A stretch of DNA of 64,000 nucleotides from Octopus vulgaris (lineage: Eukaryota). The stretch covers positions 20,460,001 to 20,524,000 of the forward strand of contig OX597843.1 of assembly GCA_951406725.2 (NCBI GenBank). Reading direction: 5' to 3'. The stretch's first letter is position 1. The number at the start of each line of letters is the position of its first letter. The notes beneath the pieces were generated by a model. It worked only from the letters and a program-made list of their open reading frames with translations, searched no databases and had not been told where the DNA came from. Shown one piece after another: positions 1 through 11,699 of this stretch. A program made the translations under genes and the position numbers.

Positions 1-1566
1 GTAACAATTATCGTGGAATATCTCTTCCACGCACTGTTGGAAAGACCTTTGCTCACGTTATCCTGCCCAGGGTACAACTGCTTCCTTCTCGAATTTATCC
101 GGAATCGCAGTGTGGCTTTAGAAGGAGCACATCAACTATTGACATGATATTCTCCATACGCCAACTTCAGGAGAAGTCCAGAGAGCAGAAAATGCCATTA
201 CATATCGCCTTCATTGGTAAGTAGAAAAGGCCTCTTCATCCTGCTCCAAAAAATCGGATGTCCACCAAAGCTGCTGAGATTCATCAAATCTTTCCATGAT
301 GATATGCAAGGCACCATACAGCACAATGGTTCAACAACAGCCGCATTCCAAATAAAAAACGGAGTAAAGCAAGGTTGTGTCCTTGTTCCTACATTATTTG
401 GCATCTTCTTCTCGCTATTGCTCTCACATGCCTTTCAGACATCAGATGATGGAGTGTTTCTGCAGAGTAGAAGTGACGGGAAACTGTTCAATCTCTCGCG
501 CCTGCGTGGCAAGACCAAAATCAGAAGCGTCCTGCTCAGGGAAATGCTATTTGCTGATGATGCCGCTCTGGTATCACGCACAGAAGAAGCCCTAGAAAGG
601 CTCATCAACTGTTTTGAGCAGGCATGTAACGACTTTGGATTAGCTATCAGCTTCAAGAAGACCAACATCATGTTTTGGGCTACACCGGACATCCGAAACA
701 TACATATTGGAGACCACAAATTACAGGAGGTTGAGACGTTTACCTATCTTGGCTCTACTGTCACCTACAACCTATCCTTTGATGTTGAGCTCAATATACG
801 GATTGGCAAGGCATCTGCTGTGATGCCCCAACTCTCGAAACGAGCATGGGTCAACATTAAGCTGACCAAGAACACAAAAATGAAGATTTACCAGGCATGT
901 GTACTTAGCACTCAACTGTATGGAAGTGAGACTTGGACGCCATTCACACGCCAAGAGCGTCGCCTAAATATCTTTCACCTGCGCTGCCTCTGGAAAAGCC
1001 TTCGCATCAAATAGCAGAATCATGTCCCCAACAAAGATGTCCTCAAGCAAGCAGGAATACTAAGCATGTTTGGACTCCTCACACAAAGACTTATGAGATG
1101 GCTTGGACATGTTAGCCGTATGGGAGATGGCAGAATCCCCAAGGACATATTCTACAGAGATCTTACTAGGTGCACAAGGTCTGCTGGTAGACCGTTCTTA
1201 CGATACAAGGATGTTTGTCAAAGGGACATGAAGGCCTGAAACGTTAATATTAGCAACTGGGAAGTAGTTGCCAGCAAACGTGGAGATTGGAGACGTTCCG
1301 TAAAAGAAGGAATACAAAGGAGTGACAGAGGAAAAGAGGAGAAATGGAAAGACAAGAAAAGACGTCAACAAGAAACTATGACATTACAACCAGCCAGGCA
1401 AAGTCTTCGCTACATTTGCGGCACCTGCCAGAGTGAGTGTTTGTCCAGGATAGGACTACACAGCCATAGCAGGAAATGTATAGGACATGAGATGTAAAAA
1501 GCCGGACTAGATTATTTTATGCGCAACTCCATTGTCTCCCGAGACAAACAAGATGCCAACAACAAT
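1..1566 (+). mobile_element. RTE-clade LINE, 3' half (RT and C-terminal Zn finger), inactivated
   Basis: ORF 214-1014 has GVKQGCVLVPTLFGIFF, LFADDAAL, FTYLGS and LYGSETW. Downstream is CGTCQSECLSRIGLHSHSRKC (~1417-1480) and a short (CAA)n tail near 1557-1565. It has stops and lacks the DLxKAFD motif near 215. Confidence 0.93.
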
Positions 1567-1662
1567 TAAAATTATCAATTTAATAAATAAATAAATAAGT
1601 TAACATTTTTAATGTCCTAAAGTTGATGAACCAACTATTGTTCTCCTTCATTTTCTTACTTG

Positions 1663-1726
<64 letters not shown>

Positions 1727-1851
1727 TATTATATTAGAGACAAAACCACTATTAGGCAAATCAAACAATGAAAAACTTAAGCCAATACATAAGATTAATT
1801 TATATTATTTAAATATATAACAAAATTATTAATAAAATATAATTAATTTCA

Positions 1852-1915
1852 CACTACGATCGTTTCATGCCTGCTAACTTCATCATATTTTTGAGTCGCA
1901 GTCATTCATCAGGTG
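1852..1915 (-). ncRNA. Minimal type I hammerhead ribozyme in a PLE pLTR-like segment (1725-2060)
   Basis: Minus strand reads cac-CTGATGA-ATGACTGC..GCAGGCAT-GAAA-CGATCG-TA-gtg: intact core, stem II 7 of 8 pairs, palindromic stem III, GUA site. Confidence 0.8.
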
Positions 1916-2090
1916 GTTTAAATATCTAAAATATTATCAATATTTTTAAGATATAAATAATATATATAATATAATATTTTTACTTATAATAAACTCTATT
2001 ATTAAATATGATTATATCGAAATCGACTATATTGTTAAATATTAACTTTAATTTATAAGGTAGAAAACCTAAAGTCTACTGTAGAAAACC

Positions 2091-4471
2091 TTAAAGTCTA
2101 CTGTGCTTCCAATATATATTTTCTCTGGCATTCTTGAGCCTCAACACTACATTTATAAACTACATTTTCCTGGCGACAATTTCCGCTAATCGGACATACT
2201 GATGGGCCCCTACAATTACATTTCTTCAACCTGCTATGTGGTCTCGTATTACTGATCACTCCGAAACCATGCCCCCTCCCAGTACTAGGATCCATCATAT
2301 CATTTACACCATCGTTCCTACTATTTTCCTGTATATGTATTGTTATATGTATATGTATTGTTATTTTTACTATTACCATCATTCTTATTTTTATTTTTAT
2401 TTTTACTAATATTTGTATTACCATTATCAGTACAATTAACACTATTATTACCACCCTGATAATCATTATAATCAATAATATCATCACCAACATCATTATT
2501 ATGATTATCTCTACAATTTGCATTATTTGTCATTCCAATACGCCCTTCATAATCGATTTCAGAAGACGTACTATTAATATTACTACTATCTTCTATGTCC
2601 CTTATGAATTTTCCATTAAAGCTTCTGTCATCATTTCTATCATTATAGCGCCTTATTTTACTTCTGTTCAACGAAGCAACAATAGATCCGACATTGGGTG
2701 TGTCTGAGTAGGCCAACTTGATTGTTGACTTGTTACATATTGAATAGTACTTATGACGTTTTGGGATATTTTCCTTCAATAACTTTAAAAATAGCTTTGG
2801 TAAACCTTTCACCCTTAATGAAAAGGGAGAGGCAAACCAAGTAACTTCACGAATCTTAGACTTGGTATTAATAATGGGATTACAATATGTTGCTTGACTT
2901 GATGTACTAAATGTAAGGCCATTCCTGTATCTATTAGTAATATTTATATTTTTATTTTTACTACTATTAGTATTATTCTTATTCCTATTTTCACCTTCAC
3001 TAGACGTATGACCAACTTTAAACCTCAATTCACATGTATGACTCCTATTATTTGCAACATCTTCCCTCCCGTTGCTGTTATCATCCATGGTATTTTCATC
3101 ATTACAATTCTCATTATTAACCTTATTAACGTGGTTACCATTTACAAAACCAACAACATCACATTTATTTCCCTTATTTCCAAATCTCATTTTATCAGCA
3201 TAAATATTGGTCATTATCAGCTTGTTGCGAGTTCCTTGGGGATCATGAGGGGAGCCTCTGCTATCCGAAATCCGTTTCATATCGTCGCTGACCATGCTGG
3301 CCATTTTAATTTTTAATTTTGTATTGTGTATGTATTCAATATTATTTGTGAACCCAGTCAATTTTAAGGCATTGTTGTATATTGGGGCGTGTTGATTAAA
3401 TATGTTTTCATTTGTCGATAGGTCTGAGATTCTGATAGAAATTGCAGTTATAATGCTATTGACGGTTGATTTGGGATGATTTGAGGAAACATTGATACAT
3501 CGGAAAGTTTGGTTTGGTTTTCGGAAAGGGTAGTGTAAGCTAGTATTCAGATAGAGTGATGTCGAAGAAATCTGCCACTTTTACAATTATTCTCAAAATC
3601 GATGCTCAAATTATAAAAGTCCTTGAGAGTTTCTCTAAGGTCCTTCTTCATTCTTTCAATATGAGGCTTAGATATGGAAAAAACCGCTTAAACTTGTCTA
3701 ACAAAAATAGACCAACAATATCCGTCACTTGTGCCGAGTCCGATGATCCCATAGTGATGTCGAATAAAATAAAAGAATCCGATTTAGACCAGTGGTGCTT
3801 TCCATAATTTATCAGAGTCATTCTTGGTGCTTGAATAATATCAATATCTAGATTCGATTTTTGAACAAACTTCCGGGCGAAAATGATTGCTTTATTCAGT
3901 AAGATGGGAGAGATCAAGGCGTTGTAATTCGAAATATCAAATTGTACAAATGAAGATGAGTCATCACATTTAATTGTGTGAACCCTATATAAAACGTCAT
4001 TGGTAGATTCCCATAAGGGCAACATCGTCCTTTCTCTTATCACTGGAATAATTCTATCCAATATGGATTTGCTGATTCTACCCAAGTCAGATTTAGTTGG
4101 GCAAATTTATCGTATTGACAGTTTGGCAAGAAAATCTTCTTTATGGTCCTCTAGGGCGCAGTGCGCGGATCGTAAGGTTGCGTGCAGTCAAGGATTCCCA
4201 ATTCAGAAATTAATTCGTCGTGTCTATTATTAATGTCGGCAAGAGCCGATTTCTTGGCGATTCTGTATTTAGCTTGCAGCTCTTTGGATATCAATTTATC
4301 CTAAGTTTCATAAGGCACTGAATAAATATTCCCTTTTTTATCAGAAAGAATGTGTAGATTAAGATTTAAATGTTGGGCTTTATAGATTTAAATGAGTATA
4401 TGAAGATTTGTATGATTTTGTGACGCTCCTGTGGTTGTTGCTCGCATTGCCTCGCCTCGGATAAAAAAGTC

Positions 4472-4472
<1 letters not shown>
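2091..4472 (-). mobile_element. Penelope-like element, Nematis-type (RT and truncated GIY-YIG), decayed
   Basis: Motifs DKKGNIY, VQFDISNYNALI, FDITMGSSDSAQVTDIVGLFLL, VTWFASPFS, KLAYSDTPN, CNCRGPSVCPISGNC..VVYKC, and YIGSTVDF cut at ~2091. Confidence 0.88.
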
Positions 4473-4518
<46 letters not shown>

Positions 4519-4520
<2 letters not shown>

Positions 4521-4704
4521 TGTACGCATTTTTTTCTCTCCTTCTTTCTGTGTTTTTCTCTCTCTGTGTATCTTTCTGTTGAAGAGCGTAGGCTCGAAAC
4601 GTTAAAGACTTGTTTTATTTATATTTCCTGAGCGCCATACTAATACAATTGTTCGTTTGTTTTCCACCTGCCTTCGTCTTTTGTTTATTTCATAAAGCTT
4701 CCCG

Positions 4705-4705
<1 letters not shown>
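4519..4705 (+). mobile_element. ~190 bp solo PLE pLTR between (TA)n tracts, with variant hammerhead at 4571-4608
   Basis: tcttt-CTGTTGA-A-GAGC-GTAG-GCTC-GAAACGTT-aaaga; A6>U core variant; (TA)n on both sides. Confidence 0.7.
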
Positions 4706-4795
<90 letters not shown>

Positions 4796-4811
4796 TATAC
4801 ATATATATATA

Positions 4812-5888
4812 CATTGTTATATATCGGAATGGTCATTTTGCCCGTTTAGCCAATAAAAAAAAACGCACTATGTATTTGGTGTTGCTTCCTTCAGGGTTAT
4901 TTATTTTTTTACATTAATCTTAATCTTATTTCAGCCAGAGTTCTTTCGTCACACTCCTGTGACCGCATCAGCGGTCCTTTGTTTTCTTCTTTCTTATTTG
5001 TGTCTCTCCCTAATAACCGTCCATTTTGTATTCCTATTGTATGTCTTCATTTGCGCATGTTTATATCTCTATGTGCGTGTATGTTTATTTAGTGTGTGTG
5101 GGGGGATGCATGTAATATTTGTATCTTTTCTTTATATACGTTGATGTAATTTCTTTTTGTTGTTGTTTTTGTTTATTCTTATTTTGTTCATGTGTTCACA
5201 TCTACTTATTATTATCATTACATACGCTTGTATGTATGTATGTGTGTATAACAAAAATACTAGTAATAATAATAATAAATCGAAAAAAAAAAAAAAATAG
5301 TTATTTATTTCTCTTTGTTTATTTATCTGTGTATTTATTATGTTTTCGGGATCCTCTACCGTCATATATTGTGGTGTGTACTAGTGTTCCATTCTAGTTT
5401 TCTATTCAGGCTAGGTTTATTTTCTATTATGTGTGTAGCTTCTGTAATTTGTCTGATTGTTGCCTCTGTTCTATGTGTGGACAATATTTTAATTTCTATG
5501 TTGTTGATGGAACCCCCGTGTTCCTGTTGGTACAGAATCGATGAGCTTTTACCTTCCTTGAGTTGTCTCCAATGACCATTTACCCGCTCTCCTATGCTTC
5601 TTGCTGTTTCCCCTACGTATGTCGTTGTCTTATTACTGCATCGTCCCTCTACACATCTTATACTATAGACACAATTTCTGGCTTTACAGGAGTGTGACAA
5701 AAGAACTCTGGCCGAAATAAGATTACGATTAATGTAAAAAATAAATAACAATGAAGCAAAGTAACACCAAATATATAGTGCGTGTGTTTTTATTGGCTGA
5801 ACTGGCAAAATGACCATTCTGAAATATAACAACATTTGTTTCAACACACGACTTCACATAAAAAATCTTCACAACAAAGATATAAACG

Positions 5889-5890
<2 letters not shown>
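4812..5890 (-). mobile_element. 5'-truncated PLE (GIY-YIG, 3' UTR, HHR) with an inverted copy of its own 3' tail
   Basis: Minus ORF has CVYSIRC..YVGETARSIGERVNGH..EH..ITEATHIIENKPSLNRK. Arms ~4812-4960 and ~5686-5835 are inverted repeats. HHR with CTGATGC core at 4934-4977. Confidence 0.85.
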
Positions 5891-5983
<93 letters not shown>

Positions 5984-6005
5984 TATTTATATTTATATAC
6001 TTACG

Positions 6006-6036
<31 letters not shown>

Positions 6037-6054
6037 GTATCTATGCATATATGA

Positions 6055-6980
6055 GGAGGCAAAACTATATAAAAATTTGTTGTTCACGATGCACCTAAAT
6101 TTGGATTTTTTAATAATAACCTTATTTGAATTGTTTTTAAATAACCTTATTTACATACATACCAAATTAGTTTCAACAATACTTTTTTTTAATAGTAAAA
6201 ATTTAAAATATTGAACTAGAAAAACATGTTTCAATGTTTACAAGTTTCAGTGATATGAAATATGATTTAAATATTCATAACATTCAATAATATAAAAGAT
6301 GTGGAACATCTTGTTTGAATGCATAAAATTCAAAATATCGATAAGAAATGTGGTTCATCAGAGTTTTGGTCATACAGGGTAAAGAAGGAGAAAAACAAGG
6401 GAGAATTGAGATAGTGGAAAAAGGGAAATCTTTGAGCACAGTCCCTGTGAATCACTTTCCGCCGTGTGCAAGGACTTTTGCTTGTATCGGCGTTATTTGG
6501 AATTGGATGTGTTTACAATTTTTTCCGTGAACCGATCTGATATTTGATTCATTAAATTACAGGTGACGTCTAATTTTTCTCGTGGGCAAGGTTGTTGTTC
6601 TGCCTGATGGGCTTCCCTGTGGGCATAAGCCATTCCAGTTGGTTGATTCTCTTAAAGCGTCACTTTGTTGTGTTTGCTCAAGTTCGGTTCTGATCAGAAG
6701 TAAAATTTCAATGATTTATGAGACATCGGCAACTGGTGATTATATGGTGTTATTGTATGGCGATTTGGATCTGCTATTTCGAAACCCGCGTTGAAGACTG
6801 GTACTAAAGATTTTTGAATTATGTCTGTTGTATCTCGGGTTTTTATTGTGGAAAAATTGTTTCTTTTTCCTTTTTCTGTTTAGTGTTTAAACAGAGGTGA
6901 ATAAGCGAGAATGAATTAAACGATATTCTTTATTCCATAACACTACCATTGAATATTATTCAGGTGTTGTAATTAATATA
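6055..6980. repeat. Unclassified block present three times (also ~38665-39720 and ~53350-54265)
   Basis: Alignable by eye, e.g. cagttggttgattctcttaaa and tttcgaaacccgcgt occur in all three copies. No TE motif recognised. Confidence 0.85.
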
Positions 6981-6981
6981 T

Positions 6982-7270
6982 AGCGCATGTCTTAGTGGTT
7001 AGAGCGTGGAGCTTACAATCGTGAGGTTGTGAGTTCGAAACCTGGACCGGGCTCCGTGGTGTATTCTTGAGCAAGACAGGTGTAGAAATGAATTGCGACG
7101 TCACAGGTTCCAAGTCGTATCGGCAGTTGCCTTTCCCTTAGATACAGAGGGGAGGCCGATACGCATGGGCGACAGCTGGTCTTCCATAAACAACCTTGCC
7201 CGGACTTGTGCCTGGGAGGGTAACTTTCTAGGTGCCAACCCATGGTCAGTCATGACCGACGGGGGTCTCA
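6982..7270 (+). mobile_element. tRNA-derived SINE (copy at ~54268-54585)
   Basis: A-box-like cttagtggttagagcg and B-box gagttcgaaacc, followed by a non-tRNA body. Absent from the third copy near 39715. Confidence 0.85.
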
Positions 7271-7513
7271 GTTCAATCCTTACCATCTATTGTAGGTGTA
7301 AAATATGCTTTTAGGTGAGTATTTCAATAAGTTCTACGTTAGATCATAGAATCATTTCACAGACACATGTTCCACCTTTGATGAATGGCAGTGATCACAC
7401 AAGATATTAACCATATCATCTCATCAATGAACTACGGGAGTGATGTATAGACACAATTGCAGGGATATGGAATAAAGAATGTCGTTGAAACCATTCGCTT
7501 ATTCCTCATCAGC

Positions 7514-7612
7514 TATGTATGTATGTATGTATGTATGTATGTATGTATGTATGTATGTATGTATGTATGTATGTACGTATGTACGTATGTATGTACTATG
7601 TATGTACGTATA
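7514..7612. repeat. (TATG)n microsatellite
   Basis: Tandem tatg run. Confidence 0.95.
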
Positions 7613-7854
7613 TACCATTATTTCCTCTTTTACGTGTTTCAGTAAGTTGACAACAGGAGAATCACCTTGAAGTATGTAACTCGAACGAATCGAGACCACT
7701 AACTATTACTGGTACTTACCCTGTCGGCCGCTTATGCGAAATCGCTGACTGACGTGGAATTAAACGCATTAACATAGGTTGTGAAGAAGTAGTGAGTACA
7801 AACATAGAGACTAAATCACACACATACACTCGCACACATATGTATATTTTATAA

Positions 7855-7910
<56 letters not shown>

Positions 7911-7914
<4 letters not shown>

Positions 7915-8348
7915 GAGTTAGGACTCTAGTCCATGGAGCGAAAACCGAAGAGGTATGTAGTGATATGTGTGGAAGTTACTAGGGAAGCTGTTATCAAACT
8001 TTGGAATTCAGAATTATACCAGACGTCGAATTGGACGTCACTGCACTGTTCCAAAAGTCCCGGCTCTCTCATTTAATATTAGGAGAATATATTGCAATAG
8101 TTTGGAGTTCAAGTGCTCACAGATATTTAACACCTTGCCAACACATCTGAGGAGTGGGTGTAGATGTTTCAAGATAAAACTTGACCTCTTGCTATCCAAG
8201 TGAACCAATATCAGGGCAGGAAACTCAAAAGACTGCAGCGGTAGCGAACTCCGGCCAATCCCATAAACTCGGCCAGTCGGAAAAGTGTTTACACTCATGG
8301 GGCCCCAGCATCGACACAGACTCAGGGTTAAAACATAAAAGAATAAAA

Positions 8349-8351
<3 letters not shown>
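7911..8351 (+). mobile_element. CR1/L2-like LINE 3' fragment (copy at ~54850-55282)
   Basis: LGL*SMER..VWKLLGKLLSNFGI..GRHC..SQIFNTLP..FKIKLDLLL; (TAAAAGAA)n tail running into (TA)n. Confidence 0.7.
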
Positions 8352-8380
<29 letters not shown>

Positions 8381-8385
<5 letters not shown>

Positions 8386-9096
8386 TGAAGGTTTGAAAAT
8401 GCAATTTTAAAAGATGTTTATTTACTTGACCGGTTTCACTTTCTTAGAAAAAGATTGTCAAAAGTAACATGTAAAAGCTTTGTTGTGTTAGGTACTGATT
8501 GTCTACAATACATATACACATTCCTTGATAATCATATGAACATTTAGTTAGTATATAAACGTACAATGAGGGAGATATTTTTAGTTTGAACTGACCTAAT
8601 TCACCATATTATCGTAAAAGCTTTTACGATATTATGGTGAATCAGGTCAGTTCAAACGAAACATATCTCCCTCATTGTACATTTATATACTACCAAAATG
8701 TAACCTTTTTGAACTTATAATTTTCTGTGTGTATATATACAGATACAATACCAATTTTCCTCTGAACTTTTTAATAATTCTTTCTGTAAACTGTTTTTAA
8801 CATTTTCTTTTATTATCAAAGAATGTATATATGCATTGTAATCTTTTGTACCCAATATTTTAATGAACTTGTCAAATTTCTTTTATATTTTCCCAAGATT
8901 TTCCCTTGTAAACTGTGTTTAACATATTCTTATTATTATCAAAGAATGTATATATGTATTGTAATATTTTGTGACAACCAGTACCTAACACAACAAAGCT
9001 TTTACATGTTGCTTTTGACAATTCTTTCTAAATAAGTGAAACCGGTCAAGTAAATAAACATTTTTAACATTGCATTTTCAAACCTTCTTTCATATA
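8381..9096. mobile_element. Fold-back element in (TA)n with decayed HHR in each arm (copy at ~55301-56018)
   Basis: Outer inverted arms ~8381-8530 and ~8935-9096; inner palindrome centred on aaaag|ctttt (8620/8621). Arms carry tt(a/g)ctt-TTGACAA..GAAACCGGTC-aagtaa at 8422-8467(-) and 9009-9053(+). Confidence 0.8.
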
Positions 9097-9199
9097 TAAT
9101 TCCACTCGTGCGGTACCTTACAACTCGAAACATTACTCTACGACAGTGGGTCGTACGTAATGTTTCGAGTGTATGGGCGCACGAATAAATCACAGCTTA

Positions 9200-9597
9200 A
9201 TCCAGAGCATGTTCATCATATTTTTCCGACATCCTCGGTATTATGCATTGGGAGCTTTTTCGGGGAGGACGTTTGGGGAAAACTCGTGAAGTTTCTTTCA
9301 CGACAAAAATGCACCTATCAACGTGTTTCTTGCCATCGCTTCCGCACCTGCCCTATTCGCCAGATTTACCACCTGCTGATTTGAATCTGTTCCTCAAGAT
9401 GAAAAATCAGCTCAGAGTTCGAGATCAAGAGCGAATTTAACGCCGTCGTCGAGATCAAGAAGTCCTCGAATCGTCTATGCTAAACTAAGTTCAGGCCGGA
9501 TTCAAAAGTGTCAGAAAAGCTGGGGCCGCTGTATTAATGATCAGGTAATATAAGTTACTTTTATTAAACATAACTCGTTCAGGAACTTTATATATAC
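9200..9597 (+). mobile_element. mariner transposase relic (3' end)
   Basis: LPHLPYSPDLPPADLNLFLKMKNQL (YSPDL motif). 3' end resembles ~25495-25545 and ~41725-41780. Confidence 0.75.
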
Positions 9598-9846
9598 GAC
9601 GGGTTTCCTTCAGTTACCGTGTACCCAATTAATTAACATACACGGGTTTGTTCGGTTGGAGTGCAGAGTACGCGCAGAAGGACTGAATACAGAAGCAAAA
9701 TTCTTATCACACAGCAATGCCAACGCCTAAACGTATGCACACACAACCACACACACACACACACACACACATACACAATACACACACACACGTATGACGG
9801 AAATGAAAAATGGATTTTACGTGATATATTAATCATTACTGCCGTT

Positions 9847-9984
9847 TCAACCCGTCTTCAATCGGCCCCTCATGGATGAGATAATGGTCGATTGGCCGCG
9901 GTGCATCTTTCTTTGCAGATGTTTCTCATCAGTTGACATTTCAAAAAGTTCTCTGCTCAATAAACTCGGTTTCACTTGGTTCGA
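9847..9984 (-). other. Candidate exon-like island B (also 42010-42147, 56424-56561)
   Basis: 46-codon frame SNQVKPSLLSRELFEMSTDEKHLQRKMHRGQSTIISSMRGRLKTG* is open and indel-free in three copies. The upstream acceptor position reads AA, not AG. Confidence 0.3.
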
Positions 9985-10001
9985 TTATAAAATATTTCGT
10001 T

Positions 10002-10003
<2 letters not shown>

Positions 10004-10038
<35 letters not shown>

Positions 10039-10122
10039 TTTAGTACGAATGAGGTGAAGAAGAAGAAGAAAAAGAAGAAGAAGAAAAAGAAGAAGAAGAA
10101 GAAGAAGAAGAAGAACAACAAC

Positions 10123-10154
<32 letters not shown>

Positions 10155-10190
10155 AAACAACGACAACAAAAACAAAAACAACAACAACGA
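10004..10190. repeat. Compound (TAA)n-(GAA)n-(CAA)n microsatellite
   Basis: Seen directly; length-variant copies near 42170-42220 and 56582-56775. Confidence 0.95.
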
Positions 10191-10356
10191 AGTCGGTGAT
10201 GAATAAAAAGTAATATAAATAGCAAAAAAAAAAAAAAACAGACAAGATGGACAAGCAAAACAATAACAAGAAAATTTGGGAATGAGGATAGAAATGATAA
10301 TAAAAATATATCAACATAAGTAAAATTATCAGACATACACACAGACACAAACGTAC

Positions 10357-10486
10357 GAGGGACACACCAAACGTTGTTTTATGTTGTGGGCGACTAGCTA
10401 CATTAACATCCTTCCTAAAGAAATTGAAACGGCATATGCAGCCATCACACTGCACAGTTTGGCCAAATTGCCCCAGCTGTAGCTCA
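10357..10486 (-). other. Candidate 130-nt exon A (also 42374-42503)
   Basis: Acceptor ttttcta(t/tt)..gtacAG and donor CTC|GTACGT in both copies. Frame ELQLGQFGQTV(Q/H)CDGC(I/L)CRFNFFRKDV..FGVSL is open in both. Confidence 0.35.
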
Positions 10487-11106
10487 CTGTACATATAGAA
10501 AATGACGACTACCAACTTCAGCACGTCATGTAATTGTAGTGTTTAAAATAACTCATTATTGAATCAGTATCTCAAAAGAGTGAGGATGAATATATTTCTA
10601 TACTTTCTTCTCTTGAAGTGAGTATAACTCTGCATAAATATATATTTCATAATATACCCACCTATAGACACAAATGCAAACATAGATATTCACGTGCAAT
10701 CGTACACTCATACACAAAATGTTATACATTTATGCTGACACATAGAGACACAAACATTTCATAGACACCTTCATTCACACTCTTACATGAATATAGTAGA
10801 ACATTAGTTAGAGATAGAGAGAGAAAAAGGAAGATGAGAAGACATTAAGTTCCTAGAAAAATGTCATAAATAGAATAATATCAAAAAACTTTAGCAACTT
10901 ACATTTCCTTTAAACTTGAAAGATTTTGAAAGGATCCTTGTGAGATGGTTGTGATCTTATTATAAGCGAGATTTCTGAAAAATAAAACACAATTCAAAAG
11001 TAAGAGTATCAAAGATTATTAAAAAGATTTCTTATAAACTATTATTAATTCTTGTATCTTTAGAATCATATTAATAAAAAGAGGATGGTGAAGGAGAAAA
11101 TGGCCG

Positions 11107-11140
11107 AGATGATGTTGATGATGATGATGATGATGACGAC

Positions 11141-11199
<59 letters not shown>

Positions 11200-11281
11200 C
11201 GATGATGATGATGATGATGATGACGATGATGATGGTGACGATCGTGACGATGGTGATGTTCGTGACGATGATGATGATGAA
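11107..11281. repeat. (GAT)n microsatellite (copy ~57114-57345)
   Basis: Tandem gat/gac run. Confidence 0.95.
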
Positions 11282-11604
11282 AGATGTGGTGAAAAGTTAG
11301 AAATTGATAAGATTAACGAAGAAGGTGAAGGAAAATAAATCATAGAACGGATAAATACAGAGAAGTAGAAGAAGAAGAAGCGAAAATGATTCATGAAGAG
11401 AGGAGAAAGCAGTTGATTAAAAGCAGAAGAACCAGAAAATGATGAACAAGATGAATGTAGAGAAATATTGTGAAGAAGACGATAAATGCAGGAAAAGAAG
11501 ATATATTAAGACAAGAAAAATAACGTGGAATATCAGAATTGGGAAACAAGTGGGAATAAAAGAATATAAATACAAATACTATAGTCACACATCAAACACA
11601 AACA

Positions 11605-11664
<60 letters not shown>

Positions 11665-11699
11665 CACAACCCGCCATCGATTCAACTCGAATGAATTCC

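Noticed and set aside
6982-7050. tRNA-like sequences (also 16400-16471, 33268-33322, 54268-54335)
   Set aside because: No complete cloverleaf; they continue into SINE bodies.
9895-9935. CTGA(T/C)GA on the minus strand followed by a small hairpin
   Set aside because: No GAAA/NUH after the stem, so not a hammerhead.
9840-9984. Alternative minus frame with four TGA codons in a Cys-like spacing (possible selenoprotein)
   Set aside because: Copy 2 has an in-frame TAA, substitutions are mostly non-synonymous, Cys residues are not conserved, and no SECIS was recognised.
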